Assembly (NCBI GenBank): GCA_049515535.1
Contig: JBEKTZ010000012.1
Location: forward strand, 62,001-114,946
From: Candidatus Aminicenantales bacterium
Lineage (GTDB): Bacteria; Acidobacteriota; Aminicenantia; Aminicenantales; UBA4085
Direction: 5' to 3'
DNA length: 52,946 nt
The notes below the pieces were generated by a model. That model saw only the letters and a list, made by a program, of their open reading frames with translations. It was not told where the DNA came from and did not search any database. Position numbers and translations under genes: made by a program. Position 1 is the first letter of the stretch. Each line of letters opens with the position of its first letter. Below, piece after piece: positions 38,586 to 52,946 of this stretch.

Positions 38586-40364
38586 ATGAAGATTCGCTAT
38601 CTCAACGGCAGCCGGCTGTACTTTGCCATCCTCGCCGGAGGCAATGCCGTCATCCAGGACCAAGCCTACCTGAACAAGATCAATGTCTTCCCCGTTCCCG
38701 ACGCGGATACGGGAACCAACCTGGCCTCGACCATGCGGGCCATCGCCGAGGGAGCGGAAGCCCACCATTCGATCAAGGCCACCTTAAAATCCGTCGCCAA
38801 TGCGGCCCTGAGCGGCGCGCGCGGCAATTCCGGACTGATCTTCGCCCAATTCATCCACGGGATGAGCAAGGAGATCAATCACGAATCGAAGCTCACGACC
38901 CATGCCTTCGCCGAATCGGTCAAGCGGGCCGTTCAGTACGCTTACAAGGCGATCGTCCACCCCGTCGAGGGGACGATGATCACGGTCATCCGGGATTGGG
39001 CCGAGGCGGTCTACCAGAGGAAGAGCCAGACCTCGGATTTCGTCGAGCTGTTGACCGATTCGATGAATGCCGCCCGGAACTCCCTCAAGGAGACCCCGCG
39101 CAAGCTTCAGGTCCTGGCCCGGGCCGGCGTCGTGGACGCCGGAGCCAAAGGATTCGTCGATTTTCTCGAAGGCATCCTTCATTACATCAAGAAAGGCACG
39201 CTCGCCCGCATTCAAAAAGCGGATGTCTTCTGGGCCCGGGAGGAGATTAAGGCTCCTTCGAAAGACAGGTCCCTTGACTTCCGTTACTGCGCCGAAGCCC
39301 TTCTGACGGGCACGGAGCTCGCCCCCGACACGATCCGCTCGGTCGTCCAGAGGTTCGGAGAATCGGCCGTGGTGGCCGGCTCGGAAGAACGGGTCCGGAT
39401 CCACGTCCACACCAACCGTCCGGCAGAACTCTTCTTCGAGCTCAAAGACCACGGTCTGATGTCTCAGATCAAAGTGGACGACATGCGCCGCCAGTACGAG
39501 GCGGCCCACCAGAGAAAAGCGAAGATCGCCATCGTCACGGATTCGGCCTGCGATCTCCCTCCCGATGTCCTGGATGATCGACAGGTCCATGTCATCCCCC
39601 TCGCTCTGTCCTTCGGCCATCAGCAGTTTCTGGACAAGGTGACGATCCAGCCCGACCAATTCTACGGCCTGCTGGCGACGAGCCCGGTCCATCCGAAGAC
39701 CGCCGTCCCGCCCGTCATGTCAGCCCAGAATCTGTTCTCGTTCCTCGCCAGCCATTACGACTCGATCATCGTCATTACCCTCTCCGGCAAGCTCAGCGGA
39801 GTGTATGACATGTGTCTCCAGGCCGCCTCTCAAATCGCAGGGAAAAAGATCAGCGTGATCGATTCGCGGACAATTTCGGCGAACCTCGGACTGCTCGTAT
39901 CGAAAGCATCGGACATGGCCGTTGCCGGCGTCCCCCACGACGAGATCGTCGCGGCCGTCGAAGCCTCGGTTCTCAAATCGCATATTCTCGTAGACGTCGC
40001 GACGATGAAATACTTCGTCCGCAGCGGGCGCGTCAGCCCGGTCAAAGGTTTGATCGGCCGCCTCCTAAACGTGAAACCGATCATCACTCTGGACGAATCC
40101 GGCAAAACGATCGAGGACGGCAAATCTTTCAGCCGGAAAGCGAACATGGCCAAGATCCTGGCCCAGGTCCGACGGCGGGCCGCCGAACGAAGCCTCGAGA
40201 ACTATGCCGTGGTCCACGCCCGGAACCCGGAGCGGGCCGCCCTGTACGGGAAGCTGCTCACAAAAATGCTCGGGCAGGCGCCTGCCTATATCATGGACGT
40301 CGCCCCCGTCATCGGCGTCCACGCTGGCATCGGCGCCGTGGCCGTCGCATTGATGTCTAAATAA
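38586..40364 (+). CDS. DAK2-DegV fusion (fatty acid kinase FakA-FakB-like)
   Basis: LNKINVFPVPDADTGTN, GARGNSG, PVEGTM.TV, VVDAGA.G, IHVHTN; then IVTDSACD, LSG, IDS, GRVS, KPII, HAG.GA. Confidence 0.9.
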   Translation: MKIRYLNGSRLYFAILAGGNAVIQDQAYLNKINVFPVPDADTGTNLASTMRAIAEGAEAHHSIKATLKSVANAALSGARGNSGLIFAQFIHGMSKEINHESKLTTHAFAESVKRAVQYAYKAIVHPVEGTMITVIRDWAEAVYQRKSQTSDFVELLTDSMNAARNSLKETPRKLQVLARAGVVDAGAKGFVDFLEGILHYIKKGTLARIQKADVFWAREEIKAPSKDRSLDFRYCAEALLTGTELAPDTIRSVVQRFGESAVVAGSEERVRIHVHTNRPAELFFELKDHGLMSQIKVDDMRRQYEAAHQRKAKIAIVTDSACDLPPDVLDDRQVHVIPLALSFGHQQFLDKVTIQPDQFYGLLATSPVHPKTAVPPVMSAQNLFSFLASHYDSIIVITLSGKLSGVYDMCLQAASQIAGKKISVIDSRTISANLGLLVSKASDMAVAGVPHDEIVAAVEASVLKSHILVDVATMKYFVRSGRVSPVKGLIGRLLNVKPIITLDESGKTIEDGKSFSRKANMAKILAQVRRRAAERSLENYAVVHARNPERAALYGKLLTKMLGQAPAYIMDVAPVIGVHAGIGAVAVALMSK

Positions 40365-40512
40365 GGATCGACGAGCGCCTTCATTCCTTGGTTCCCGAAG
40401 ATCTAATCCCGTCCTCCCCTTTTGAGCCCAACCTGACTCCGAGAACTTTTTTCCGTGATATTGCGTATATGGTATTAAGGTTATAGGACTGTTTATAGGA
40501 CTGAGGTGAACG

Positions 40513-41592
40513 ATGAAAAAGTGGATTCTCCGCGGGATTTCCGGGCTCGTCATCCTGATATTCTTTTATTTTCTTTTTGCCCACGGCAAGAAAGAGGAGC
40601 CGTTCAAGTTAGTCGCCGTCACCAGGGGCGATATTTTGGAAAAGGCGCTGGCCGTCGGCACCATCGAGCCGGAGAAAGAGGTCAAGGTCAAATCGACCAT
40701 CCCCGGTATTGTGTCCGAGGTGCTGTTCAAGGTCGGGGATTCCGTCGCAGTGGGCGCGCCCCTCTTCAATATTTCCCCTAACCCGACCCCTCTCGAATAC
40801 GTCGAGGCCCGCCGCAGCATGGAAGTGGCGGAAGTGACCATGAACAAGCAGAAGAACGATTGGGATCGGCAGATAGAGCTGTTCAAGAGGGCCTTGATCT
40901 CAAAGTCCGAGATGGACGCTGTCGAGTCAGCCTACCAGGAAGCCAATCTCCGGTATAAAATCGCGATGGAACGCCTCGAGCTTCTAGAGAAGGGGTGGAT
41001 CCACATGGCCAATCGGGAAATCGATTCCATCGTCAGGTCCCCGATCCGCGGAATCGTCCTTTCCCAGAGCGTGTTTCAGGGAGATCCCGTCGTGCCGCTG
41101 ACCCAATATCAACCCGGCACCGAGCTTTGCTCCCTGGCTGACATGGCCAGTCTCCTGTTCAAGGGCACCGTGGACGAGATCGATGTCGGCAAGATCACCG
41201 CCGGGATGGATGCCGAGATCACGATCGGGGCCCTGCCTGACGCGAAGATCGCCGGAAAAGTCGAGCGGATCTTCCCAAAAGCCAAAAAAGAAGGGAACGC
41301 CACCCTCTTCGACACCGAAATTTCCATCGATAAGACCGGCGGCCAGACGCTTCGGGCCGGTTTTTCGGCCACGGCCAGCATCAGGATCCGCGAGCGCAAG
41401 CAGGTTCTTCTTCTCCCCGAGCGTCTGGTCATCTTCGAGAACGGCAAGCGATTCGTGGAAATCCCCCAGAACCAGCAAACCAAGAAAGTCGAGATCCAGA
41501 CCGGCCTTTCCGACGGGCTGAACATTGAAATCCTGTCCGGTTTGAAAGAAGGAGAAAAGATCGTCGAACGGCCGCCACGGGAAATCAAATGA
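40513..41592 (+). CDS. Efflux periplasmic adaptor (MacA-like membrane fusion protein)
   Basis: N-terminal TM, GTIEP..EV.VKS, SPI.G.VL, VDEIDVG, V.TGLSDG..EI.SGL.EG. Confidence 0.9.
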   Translation: MKKWILRGISGLVILIFFYFLFAHGKKEEPFKLVAVTRGDILEKALAVGTIEPEKEVKVKSTIPGIVSEVLFKVGDSVAVGAPLFNISPNPTPLEYVEARRSMEVAEVTMNKQKNDWDRQIELFKRALISKSEMDAVESAYQEANLRYKIAMERLELLEKGWIHMANREIDSIVRSPIRGIVLSQSVFQGDPVVPLTQYQPGTELCSLADMASLLFKGTVDEIDVGKITAGMDAEITIGALPDAKIAGKVERIFPKAKKEGNATLFDTEISIDKTGGQTLRAGFSATASIRIRERKQVLLLPERLVIFENGKRFVEIPQNQQTKKVEIQTGLSDGLNIEILSGLKEGEKIVERPPREIK

Positions 41593-42824
41593 TCGGCATC
41601 TTTCTCCGTAACCTTGCCCGCGACCTCGTCCGCCAGCCCCTCCGGACCGTTCTCACTCTTTCCGGAGTCGTTTGGGGGACGTTTTCCGTCGTTCTCTTGC
41701 TCGCGTTCGGCGATTCGGTCGGCAAAGCCCAGATCAAGCGGTTCCATGGCATGGGGCAGGGCATCGTCCTCGCCTTCCCTTCTACCACGACCCTCCCCTG
41801 GCAGGGATTCCTCAGGGGCAAGGCCGTGCGCGTCACGCCGGAGGTCGTCGAGGCCATCCCGGAGAAAGTCCCCGGCATCGAGGTCATCAGTCCCGAATTC
41901 GTCGGCAGCCGCCTCATCAGCTACGGGCGGAAGGAATTCCGGAACACTGTCCGCGGCGTCAATCCTCAGTTCGAACTGATGCGCAATACGATCGCCGAGA
42001 AGGGCCGGTTCATCGATGCCGAGGACATGGCCGGCCGGAAAAGGGTCTGCTTCATCGGCGATGTCCTGGCGAGCGATCTCTTCGGAACCGGAGAGCCGGT
42101 GGGCAAGGCCGTATTCATCGACAGCGTCCCGTTCACGGTCGTCGGGGTGATGCGGACCAAGCTCCAGAGCTCAAACTACAACGGCCAGCGCGACGAGAGT
42201 TGCGTTTTCATAGCCTGGACGACCTACGCATCGCTCTACGGCAACAAATACGTTTCGAACTTCATCTTCCGTCCCCTCGACCTCGCCCGGAGCAAAGCGG
42301 TCACGGACGAGGTCAAGGGACATCTCGCCAAACTCATCGGCTTTTCCCCCGCCGACCCGGACGCTATCGCCATATGGGACACCTTGGATTTCGAGAAGCA
42401 GTTCACGACGTTCTTCCTGGCGTTCACGGTCTTTCTGGGGATCATCGGCTCGTTCACTCTCCTCGTCGGCGGGGTCGGCGTGGCCTCGATCATGAGGGTC
42501 GTCGTGGACGAGCGGACGCGTGAAATCGGAATCAAGCTGGCCGTGGGCGCCCGGCGACGGACGATCCTCTGGCAGTTCTTCAGCGAGTCGCTCGTGATCA
42601 TGCTCCTCGGCGGGCTCGTCGGTTTCGGGCTCTCGGCCAGCGTCCTCCGGGCGGTCAAGGCCGTCCCGGCGGGGGGATTCACCGAGTTCGTCGGCATCCC
42701 GGTCCTCAATCCCCTCGTCATCATCTCGACGGTCCTGATCCTGCTTGTCATCGGCGTCATCGCCGGGATGATCCCGGCCCGGACGGCCGCGTCAACTGAT
42801 CCCATCGAGGCCCTGAGGAAATAG
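41589..42824 (+). CDS. MacB/FtsX-like ABC permease
   Basis: RTVLTL.G, GRFI, ERTREIGIK.AVGA, PA..A...DPIEALR. Confidence 0.9.
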   Translation: MIGIFLRNLARDLVRQPLRTVLTLSGVVWGTFSVVLLLAFGDSVGKAQIKRFHGMGQGIVLAFPSTTTLPWQGFLRGKAVRVTPEVVEAIPEKVPGIEVISPEFVGSRLISYGRKEFRNTVRGVNPQFELMRNTIAEKGRFIDAEDMAGRKRVCFIGDVLASDLFGTGEPVGKAVFIDSVPFTVVGVMRTKLQSSNYNGQRDESCVFIAWTTYASLYGNKYVSNFIFRPLDLARSKAVTDEVKGHLAKLIGFSPADPDAIAIWDTLDFEKQFTTFFLAFTVFLGIIGSFTLLVGGVGVASIMRVVVDERTREIGIKLAVGARRRTILWQFFSESLVIMLLGGLVGFGLSASVLRAVKAVPAGGFTEFVGIPVLNPLVIISTVLILLVIGVIAGMIPARTAASTDPIEALRK

Positions 42825-42825
42825 C

Positions 42826-44076
42826 ATGAACCTGACCCTGCCGCGGTTTTTCTGGAGCGAATACCGGAAGCGCCGGAAGAAGGCCTCGCTCATCACCTTC
42901 GCCCTTTTCTGGGGGACACTCTCGATCCTCCTCCTCATGGCCTTCGGCCAAGGCTTAACCACTCAGTTCCAGGTCGCCTTCAGCGGGCTGGGCGATACGC
43001 TGATCATGGTCAGTGGCGGCCAGACTTCGCTCGAGTTCGAAGGCCTGCCCAAGGGGCGGCCGATTTCCCTCTACCCCGAAGACGTCGACTATCTCAAGGA
43101 GCGAATCCCGGAGATCATGCGCATCGCCCCGGAATCGTACAATAGCTTCCAGGTTTCGGCCAACGGCAAGGAAATCAATCGGACCGTCCACGGCACGACT
43201 CCCGAATTCGCCCTCATGCGCACCCAAATCCCCCAAATGGGCGGCCGCTTCCTCAACTCCGATGATGTCGCCAAGGGGAGGAAAGTCGCCTTCATCGGCT
43301 GGAAGGTGGCCAAGGACCTTTTCGGCGCCGAAGATCCCGTCGGGAAACAGATCGTCATCGAGCGTATCCCCTTTGCCGTCATCGGCGTCCTCCAGAAAAA
43401 AATCCAGGATTCAATGTACAACGGGCCGGACGCCGACCAGATCTATCTCCCGTTCTATTCCTTCCGCCAGATCGACAACCGCCGACGCATCAACAGGATC
43501 CATATCCAGCCCTACGACGCATCCCAGTCCAAGCTGATCGAGGCCCGGGTCCGGACACTCCTCGGGCGAAAATACCGCTTCAACCCAGACGACCGCTATG
43601 CCACGAGTTTCTGGAACACCATCGAAAACAACAAGGAAGGCATGGCCATTTTCAAGGGAATCGAGATTTTCCTCGGGATCATCGGGGCGCTGACGCTTCT
43701 CATCGGAGCCGTCGGCGTCACGAACCTGATGTACGCCGTCGCCAAGGAGCGGACGAAAGAGATCGGCATCAAGCTGGCGATCGGAGCGAGGCGCCGGGTC
43801 ATCGTCGAGCAGTTTTTCCTGGAGACATTGTTCGTCTTCGCCAAGGGGACATTCTGGGGATTCATCCTCGCTTTCAACCTCGTCCACCTCATCCGGTTGG
43901 CCCCGATCAACTACGATTCGTTCGGAATCGAGGCCTACTTGCTGCGGCCGGTTTTTTCGCTGCAGATCTTCGTCGCCTACATGGCCATCCTGGGCATCCT
44001 GGTCTTTCTGTCGGGGATCTTCCCGGCGCTCCGGGCGTCACGGTCGAATCCCATCGAGTCACTCCGCTATGAATAG
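42826..44076 (+). CDS. MacB/FtsX-like ABC permease
   Basis: GRFLN, ERTKEIGIK.AIGA, FPALRAS..NPIESLRYE. Confidence 0.9.
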   Translation: MNLTLPRFFWSEYRKRRKKASLITFALFWGTLSILLLMAFGQGLTTQFQVAFSGLGDTLIMVSGGQTSLEFEGLPKGRPISLYPEDVDYLKERIPEIMRIAPESYNSFQVSANGKEINRTVHGTTPEFALMRTQIPQMGGRFLNSDDVAKGRKVAFIGWKVAKDLFGAEDPVGKQIVIERIPFAVIGVLQKKIQDSMYNGPDADQIYLPFYSFRQIDNRRRINRIHIQPYDASQSKLIEARVRTLLGRKYRFNPDDRYATSFWNTIENNKEGMAIFKGIEIFLGIIGALTLLIGAVGVTNLMYAVAKERTKEIGIKLAIGARRRVIVEQFFLETLFVFAKGTFWGFILAFNLVHLIRLAPINYDSFGIEAYLLRPVFSLQIFVAYMAILGILVFLSGIFPALRASRSNPIESLRYE

Positions 44077-44085
44077 AGGGTCATC

Positions 44086-44748
44086 ATGATCGAACTTCGC
44101 GGCATTACCAAAGTCTACCAAACGGGAAGCCAGACGCTGGAAGCGCTCCGCGGCGTTTCCCTGAAAATCAAGCGCGGAGAATTCATCTCCATCATGGGCC
44201 CTTCCGGATCGGGAAAATCGACCCTGATGAACATCATCGGCTGCCTGGACACGCCCACGGCCGGGGAATATGCCCTTGACGGCGATCGCGTGGCGGGCTT
44301 GACCTTTGACCAGCTCGCGGTCGTGCGCAACCGCAAGATCGGGTTCGTCTTCCAGAATTTCAACCTTCTTCCCTATGCTACAGCCTGGGAAAACGTGGAA
44401 CTCCCGATGCTCTTTGACGGCAAGAACGCCCGAAAACGGAAAGAACGGATCACCGAACTCATGAATGCCGTGGGGCTCATCGATTGGCGCGACCACCGTC
44501 CCTCGGAACTCTCCGGAGGACAACAGCAGCGGATCGCCCTGGCCCGGGCCCTGGCCAACGATCCTCCGATATTGCTGGCCGACGAGCCGACGGGCAACCT
44601 CGATTCCCGGAGCGGAGAAGAGATCATGGTCATTTTGACCCAACTCTGGAAAGACGGCCGGACCATCGTCATGGTCACCCATAACGACCATATCTCCGCT
44701 CATTCCCAGCGCATCATCCGCCTCTTCGACGGCATGGTTCAGTCCTAA
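44086..44748 (+). CDS. MacB/LolD-like ABC ATP-binding protein
   Basis: [35 protein letters not shown]. Confidence 0.93.
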   Translation: MIELRGITKVYQTGSQTLEALRGVSLKIKRGEFISIMGPSGSGKSTLMNIIGCLDTPTAGEYALDGDRVAGLTFDQLAVVRNRKIGFVFQNFNLLPYATAWENVELPMLFDGKNARKRKERITELMNAVGLIDWRDHRPSELSGGQQQRIALARALANDPPILLADEPTGNLDSRSGEEIMVILTQLWKDGRTIVMVTHNDHISAHSQRIIRLFDGMVQS

Positions 44749-44765
44749 CCGAACCGCCCGCGGCT

Positions 44766-44832
44766 CCACGGCGGCCGGGCCCCGGGCTTTGCCCGGGGGT
44801 CAACTTCCGCCGCGAAGGCTCGTCCCTTGACG
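44766..44832 (-). repeat. ~65 bp palindromic repeat, full copy, minus orientation
   Basis: Reverse complement CGTCAAGGGACGAGCCTTCGCGGCGGAAGTTGACCCCCGGGCAAAGCCCGGGGCCCGGCCGCCGTGG. Confidence 0.92.
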
Positions 44833-44892
44833 GACCCAGTGGAGTTTCAGCGCGGGACGCAGTCTAAAAATGGATACCGGCGAATGGAAATG

Positions 44893-45812
44893 TCAAAGTT
44901 CGGGAGGCACTGGGGAGATCGCATAGGCGACGCGGTTTCGCCCTTCGGCCTTGGCTTGGTAAAGCGCGGCGTCCGCGGTCGCGAGCAAGGCATCTACTGT
45001 GCTCAGACCCTTTCCCGGCGCCACTCCGATGCTGACCGTCAAAGACAGCGTCCCCGCGTTGGTTTTGATCTCGGCATCCGCGACCCCGGCACGCAACCGC
45101 TCATAAAGGCTTTCCCCGCTATGTCCCATGGACCCTGGAGCGATCACGAGAAATTCCTCTCCGCCATACCGGCCGAAGATATCATAGTCCCGCAGCCGGT
45201 CTTGAATGCACCGGGTGAAAGCGACCAGGGCTTCGTCTCCGGCCTGGTGGCCATAGGCGTCGTTGATGTTCTTGAAATGATCGAGGTCGCACATCCCGAC
45301 GCTCAGACTTCCCTGTTCCCGTCTCGCTCGCGAAATCTCCTGCGCGAGCCTGTCCAGAATGGCGCGACGGTTGAGGATTTCGGTCAGGGGGTCATGGGTC
45401 GCCTGATGTAAAAGGGCGTCACGGGCTTCCATCAGATGAGACTGCAACTCCAGCATTCGCTGACCCACTCTGATCCTGGCCTGTAATTCCTCGTTGTCAT
45501 AGGGTTTGGCCACATAGTCATTGGCCCCTGCCTCCAGGCCCTGAACGATGTCGCCTTTCTCGCCCCGGGCGGTCAGAAGAATGACATATGGAGGATTGCG
45601 CGAGTCGTTCTCCCTCAAGCGGCGACAGACCTCCAACCCGTCCATGCCCGGCATGTTCCAATCGAGAAGAATGAGCCCGGGGGCATCGGGCCGTTGGAGG
45701 ATGTTCCAGGCCGCGCTGCCGTCTTCCGTAACGACGGGATCAAAACCCCATTTTTTCAGGACCGCGGCCAAAATGCTGCGCGATGTGAAGTCGTCTTCAG
45801 CGATAAGGATTT

Positions 45813-45816
<4 letters not shown>
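44893..45816 (-). CDS. REC-GGDEF diguanylate cyclase (WspR/PleD-like)
   Basis: ILIAEDD, LDWNMP, DLDHFK.IND.YGH, RxxD I-site RDYD, RYGGEEF; ATGA overlap with the upstream kinase. Confidence 0.92.
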
Positions 45817-50243
<4,427 letters not shown>

Positions 50244-50268
50244 GACTCCCCTCCTATTCACGAAGATT

Positions 50269-50335
50269 CGTCAAGGGACGAACCTTCGCGGCGGAAATGG
50301 ACCCCCGGGCAAAGCCCGGGGCCCCGGCCGCCGTG
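50269..50335 (+). repeat. ~65 bp palindromic repeat, full copy
   Basis: CGTCAAGGGACGAACCTTCGCGGCGGAAATGGACCCCCGGGCAAAGCCCGGGGCCCCGGCCGCCGTG. Confidence 0.92.
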
Positions 50336-50589
50336 AACGCCGCGGAACCCTGCGGGCCAGATTGAGCGTAAGGATTCCTTATTACGTGATGTGTTGAATG
50401 GCCGCTCGGGATGCTGAATCTCCCTTCTTGACCATGATGGGAATATACCGCCGGCCACTGTCGGAGTCAAGCGCTCCGGGAAGAGGAGGATGCGCGGTGC
50501 CTGGAAACTTCAAGACGAACCATCGGAGTCAAGAACGCTCGGGAAAATTCGACTTGAAACGGAATCCTATAAAGCAGAACAATAGGACC

Positions 50590-51705
50590 GTGACCGAACG
50601 CGCTCAGGAAAAAACGACATTTTTTCGCCGGGAAATCTGGATCGGACTCGGAGCAGGGGCCTATGCGGTCCATCTCTGGCTCGGACGGGATTCCCGCTTA
50701 GCTGAAAAATTCTACTCTCGCGGGATTTATGTGGGGATCCGCCGGATTTGGGACAACACCTTGGGTTTCTCCCCCATTCCTCTTCTCTATGTCATTTTGT
50801 TCGCGGCGGTTGTTTGGGTTTCCTGTCGAATCGCGCTTTTCTTTTTTCGAAAAAAATCGGATCACTCATTATCGTTCCCGCGAAAAATCGGAAGAGCCCT
50901 GCTCCGTGTCGCTTCATGGATCGGATTTCTGCTCTTTTTTTTCTATATTCTTTGGGGATTCAACTATAACCGGATCGGTCTCGAACAACAGATGAAGCTT
51001 GAAACCGAGCCACTGAGCTTGACCACGCTGGCCGAGGAGGCGGACTGGGCGACCCGGATGACGGCCGAGGCCCGAGCCTCGATACCCGGATCGTCCGCGG
51101 CCGCCTTGGGGGCCGAATTCTATCCGAAAAATATCGAATCGATTCTCAGGCTCTCCCTGACGGGGATTCTAGAGAGAATGGGATATCCGGCCCCCGGAAG
51201 AGTCCGTATCCGGCTTTTTCAGCCGGGCGGCTGGCTGATGCGCTTTTCGAGTTCGGGAATTTTCGTTCCCTTTTTTGGAGAAGGATACATCGCCGGAAAT
51301 CTCCTCCCTTTCGAAATGCCCTTCACCATGGCCCACGAAATGGCGCATGGGTATGGAATCTGCGAAGAAGGCGCCGCCAATTTTCTGGCGTTCCTGACCT
51401 GCGAATCGTCCGCCATCCCCGCCATCCGGTACTCCGGCTTTCTCTCGTATTGGAGTGTTTTGTTCGCGGAAACGAGGCGTCTCGGTCCCGAAGCCATCAA
51501 GACCCTGCGGGAAAAAATTCCGGACGGAATGAAGGCCGACCTCCGGGCGGAGGGAGAGAATTGGCGCCATTTTCAAGGCCCTTTAAGGCGTATCGGAGAA
51601 ACGATCAATCAAAACTATCTGAAATCACAGGGGATACAAGAAGGGATCCGAAGTTACGACCGCATGGTCCTGCTCGTCGCGGCCTGGAAAAAGGCCGCGA
51701 GGTAA
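50590..51705 (+). CDS. DUF3810-like membrane protein with zincin motif
   Basis: YSRGIY, WGFNY.R, GIF.PF.GE, AHEMAH..G..EE..ANF, YSG, YLKSQG..EGI.SY; GTG start at 50590 inferred. Confidence 0.8.
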   Translation: MTERAQEKTTFFRREIWIGLGAGAYAVHLWLGRDSRLAEKFYSRGIYVGIRRIWDNTLGFSPIPLLYVILFAAVVWVSCRIALFFFRKKSDHSLSFPRKIGRALLRVASWIGFLLFFFYILWGFNYNRIGLEQQMKLETEPLSLTTLAEEADWATRMTAEARASIPGSSAAALGAEFYPKNIESILRLSLTGILERMGYPAPGRVRIRLFQPGGWLMRFSSSGIFVPFFGEGYIAGNLLPFEMPFTMAHEMAHGYGICEEGAANFLAFLTCESSAIPAIRYSGFLSYWSVLFAETRRLGPEAIKTLREKIPDGMKADLRAEGENWRHFQGPLRRIGETINQNYLKSQGIQEGIRSYDRMVLLVAAWKKAAR

Positions 51706-51732
51706 CTCCCGGGCTGCGCGCGGACAATGATT

Positions 51733-52527
51733 TTATTTCGATGGCGATCGAGCGAGCGTGACTTTCAACCAAAGTTTGAGCTGTTCGGCACCGCCCCGGC
51801 CTCCCCCCCTGCCCATCATTCCTCCGCCCATCCCGCGGCCTCCCATGCGTCCGCCCATGCCGCGGCCTCCCATGCCCCCGCCCGCGCCCCGTCCGCCCTG
51901 GAGAACGTCGGGACGCGGAGAATCGAATCCGATCCCGACAAGATTCCCGGAGCTCAGGCCGATCGCGTAAGGAGACTCCGGTCCGGCGGCGAGCGGGACT
52001 TTCAGCTCATAGGCGAACATCCCATCAGCATTGGCGAACGCGGCTTCAATGCCTTTGAGCTCGTCCTTTTTCAGGCGATTCGTTTCGTCCCGCCCCGGGC
52101 CGAGGATCTCGATCTCGTCTCGACGTTCGACTAGCGCTTGGCGCTGCTCGCGGCGGGCGCTTTCATCCTGAGCGCCCGCCCCGCGCCCCGGAAGCTCATT
52201 GGCGTCGAGTTCCAGAGGATAATGGACGCCCAAAATTTTGTCTTTCCCGCCTTTGGGGTCGAACCAGACGATCAAACCGGCCCGCAGAATTTGGGCCGCC
52301 GCCCTGCGGTCCGTGGCCAGAAGACAGACATAGACAAAGTGATCATCGTTCTGCACGCCGAAAGACACTCCCGTGTCTTCGACGGCATACAGACGGCCTC
52401 GCCAGTCGTCCGTCCGGCCGTCGATCTTGATCGCGGCATCAGGCCAAAAACTCGCCACATCGAGCGTCCCGCAGGCGGTCAATGCGAGAAGAAGTCCTGA
52501 CAAAAGAATCCACCGAATTTTTTTCAT
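51733..52527 (-). CDS. Lipoprotein with Gly/Met/Arg-rich low-complexity loop
   Basis: MKKIRW..LLALTAC lipobox; IDG..DDW, ND...YV.L; GGMGGRGMGG repeats. Confidence 0.75.
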   Translation of the reverse strand: MKKIRWILLSGLLLALTACGTLDVASFWPDAAIKIDGRTDDWRGRLYAVEDTGVSFGVQNDDHFVYVCLLATDRRAAAQILRAGLIVWFDPKGGKDKILGVHYPLELDANELPGRGAGAQDESARREQRQALVERRDEIEILGPGRDETNRLKKDELKGIEAAFANADGMFAYELKVPLAAGPESPYAIGLSSGNLVGIGFDSPRPDVLQGGRGAGGGMGGRGMGGRMGGRGMGGGMMGRGGGRGGAEQLKLWLKVTLARSPSK

Positions 52528-52591
52528 TGTCACTTCCACGCCGATTGGATTTCGTTCACTTGATTAGACAAACCGGAGGCTTTTTCCTTGG

Positions 52592-52800
52592 CTAATCAAG
52601 TGACCCATGAAGGCGGAGAAATTTTTCCAGTTCGAGCTCGATTTCCCTGGTCATCCGTTCGTAAGCTTCAATCCCGTATCCGCAGGGATCGGCGATTTCC
52701 CACCCAAAAAGCTTGTCTTTCGGAACGGGTTTCATGTCCGCCAGGGCTTTATAAACCAAGGAATCCATAGCGATGATATAGTCAACTTTGGGGGGGACCG
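52592..52800 (-). pseudogene. C-terminal fragment of a low-molecular-weight PTP/ArsC-like protein
   Basis: DYIIAMD..WEIADP.G..AY; catalytic CX5R loop not present in frame (TAG upstream). Confidence 0.5.
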
Positions 52801-52946
52801 CTTCGGGTTCCCCCTCCAAATGTGCTGGGTCAGATACATGGTGGACACTACACTAGTCAAGTATGATGGGGGGCATGTACTCCCGCAAAGCGATCTGCTA
52901 TGGCGACATCATCCCCGGCTCTGAGTTCATCCGGTCTCTGGCCCGG

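Noticed and set aside
52800..52946. Stop-codon readthrough (Pyl/Sec) extending the LMW-PTP fragment
   Set aside because: Sequence beyond the TAG shows no CX5R motif within the window; no support for recoding

Overview
This is a ~53 kb, mostly GC-rich bacterial chromosomal window from an anaerobic diderm. Gene style suggests Ca. Aminicenantes/Acidobacteriota, but that is inference only. It is a mosaic of short modules separated by truncated gene remnants. From left to right: (1) a 3.7 kb cassette bracketed by two ~230 bp direct repeats that begin in the 3' half of tRNA-Arg(UCG), carrying a succinate-semialdehyde dehydrogenase-like gene and an AAA_14/DUF4143-type ATPase; (2) a five-gene operon linking an [FeFe]-hydrogenase-like sensor histidine kinase, two receiver proteins and a REC-PAS-kinase to a fused NfnAB transhydrogenase; (3) a decayed IS91-family element with extra copies of its 3' end around a methyltransferase, a GT39 glycosyltransferase and a DrrAB-like ABC pair; (4) a HisC/CobD-like PLP enzyme plus a LicC-like cytidylyltransferase; (5) a compact operon of AcsA-like ligase, stand-alone DltC-like carrier protein, Kbl and SatP acetate channel; (6) assorted transport and housekeeping genes; (7) a hybrid kinase/diguanylate cyclase pair bracketed by inverted copies of a ~65 bp palindromic repeat, which also occurs elsewhere in the window. 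The strongest candidates for an undescribed system are the ligase-carrier-Kbl-SatP operon and the hydrogenase-like sensor relay coupled to NfnAB. No CRISPR array, rRNA or intact transposase/integrase was seen. All product calls come from motif recognition by eye, not database searches.
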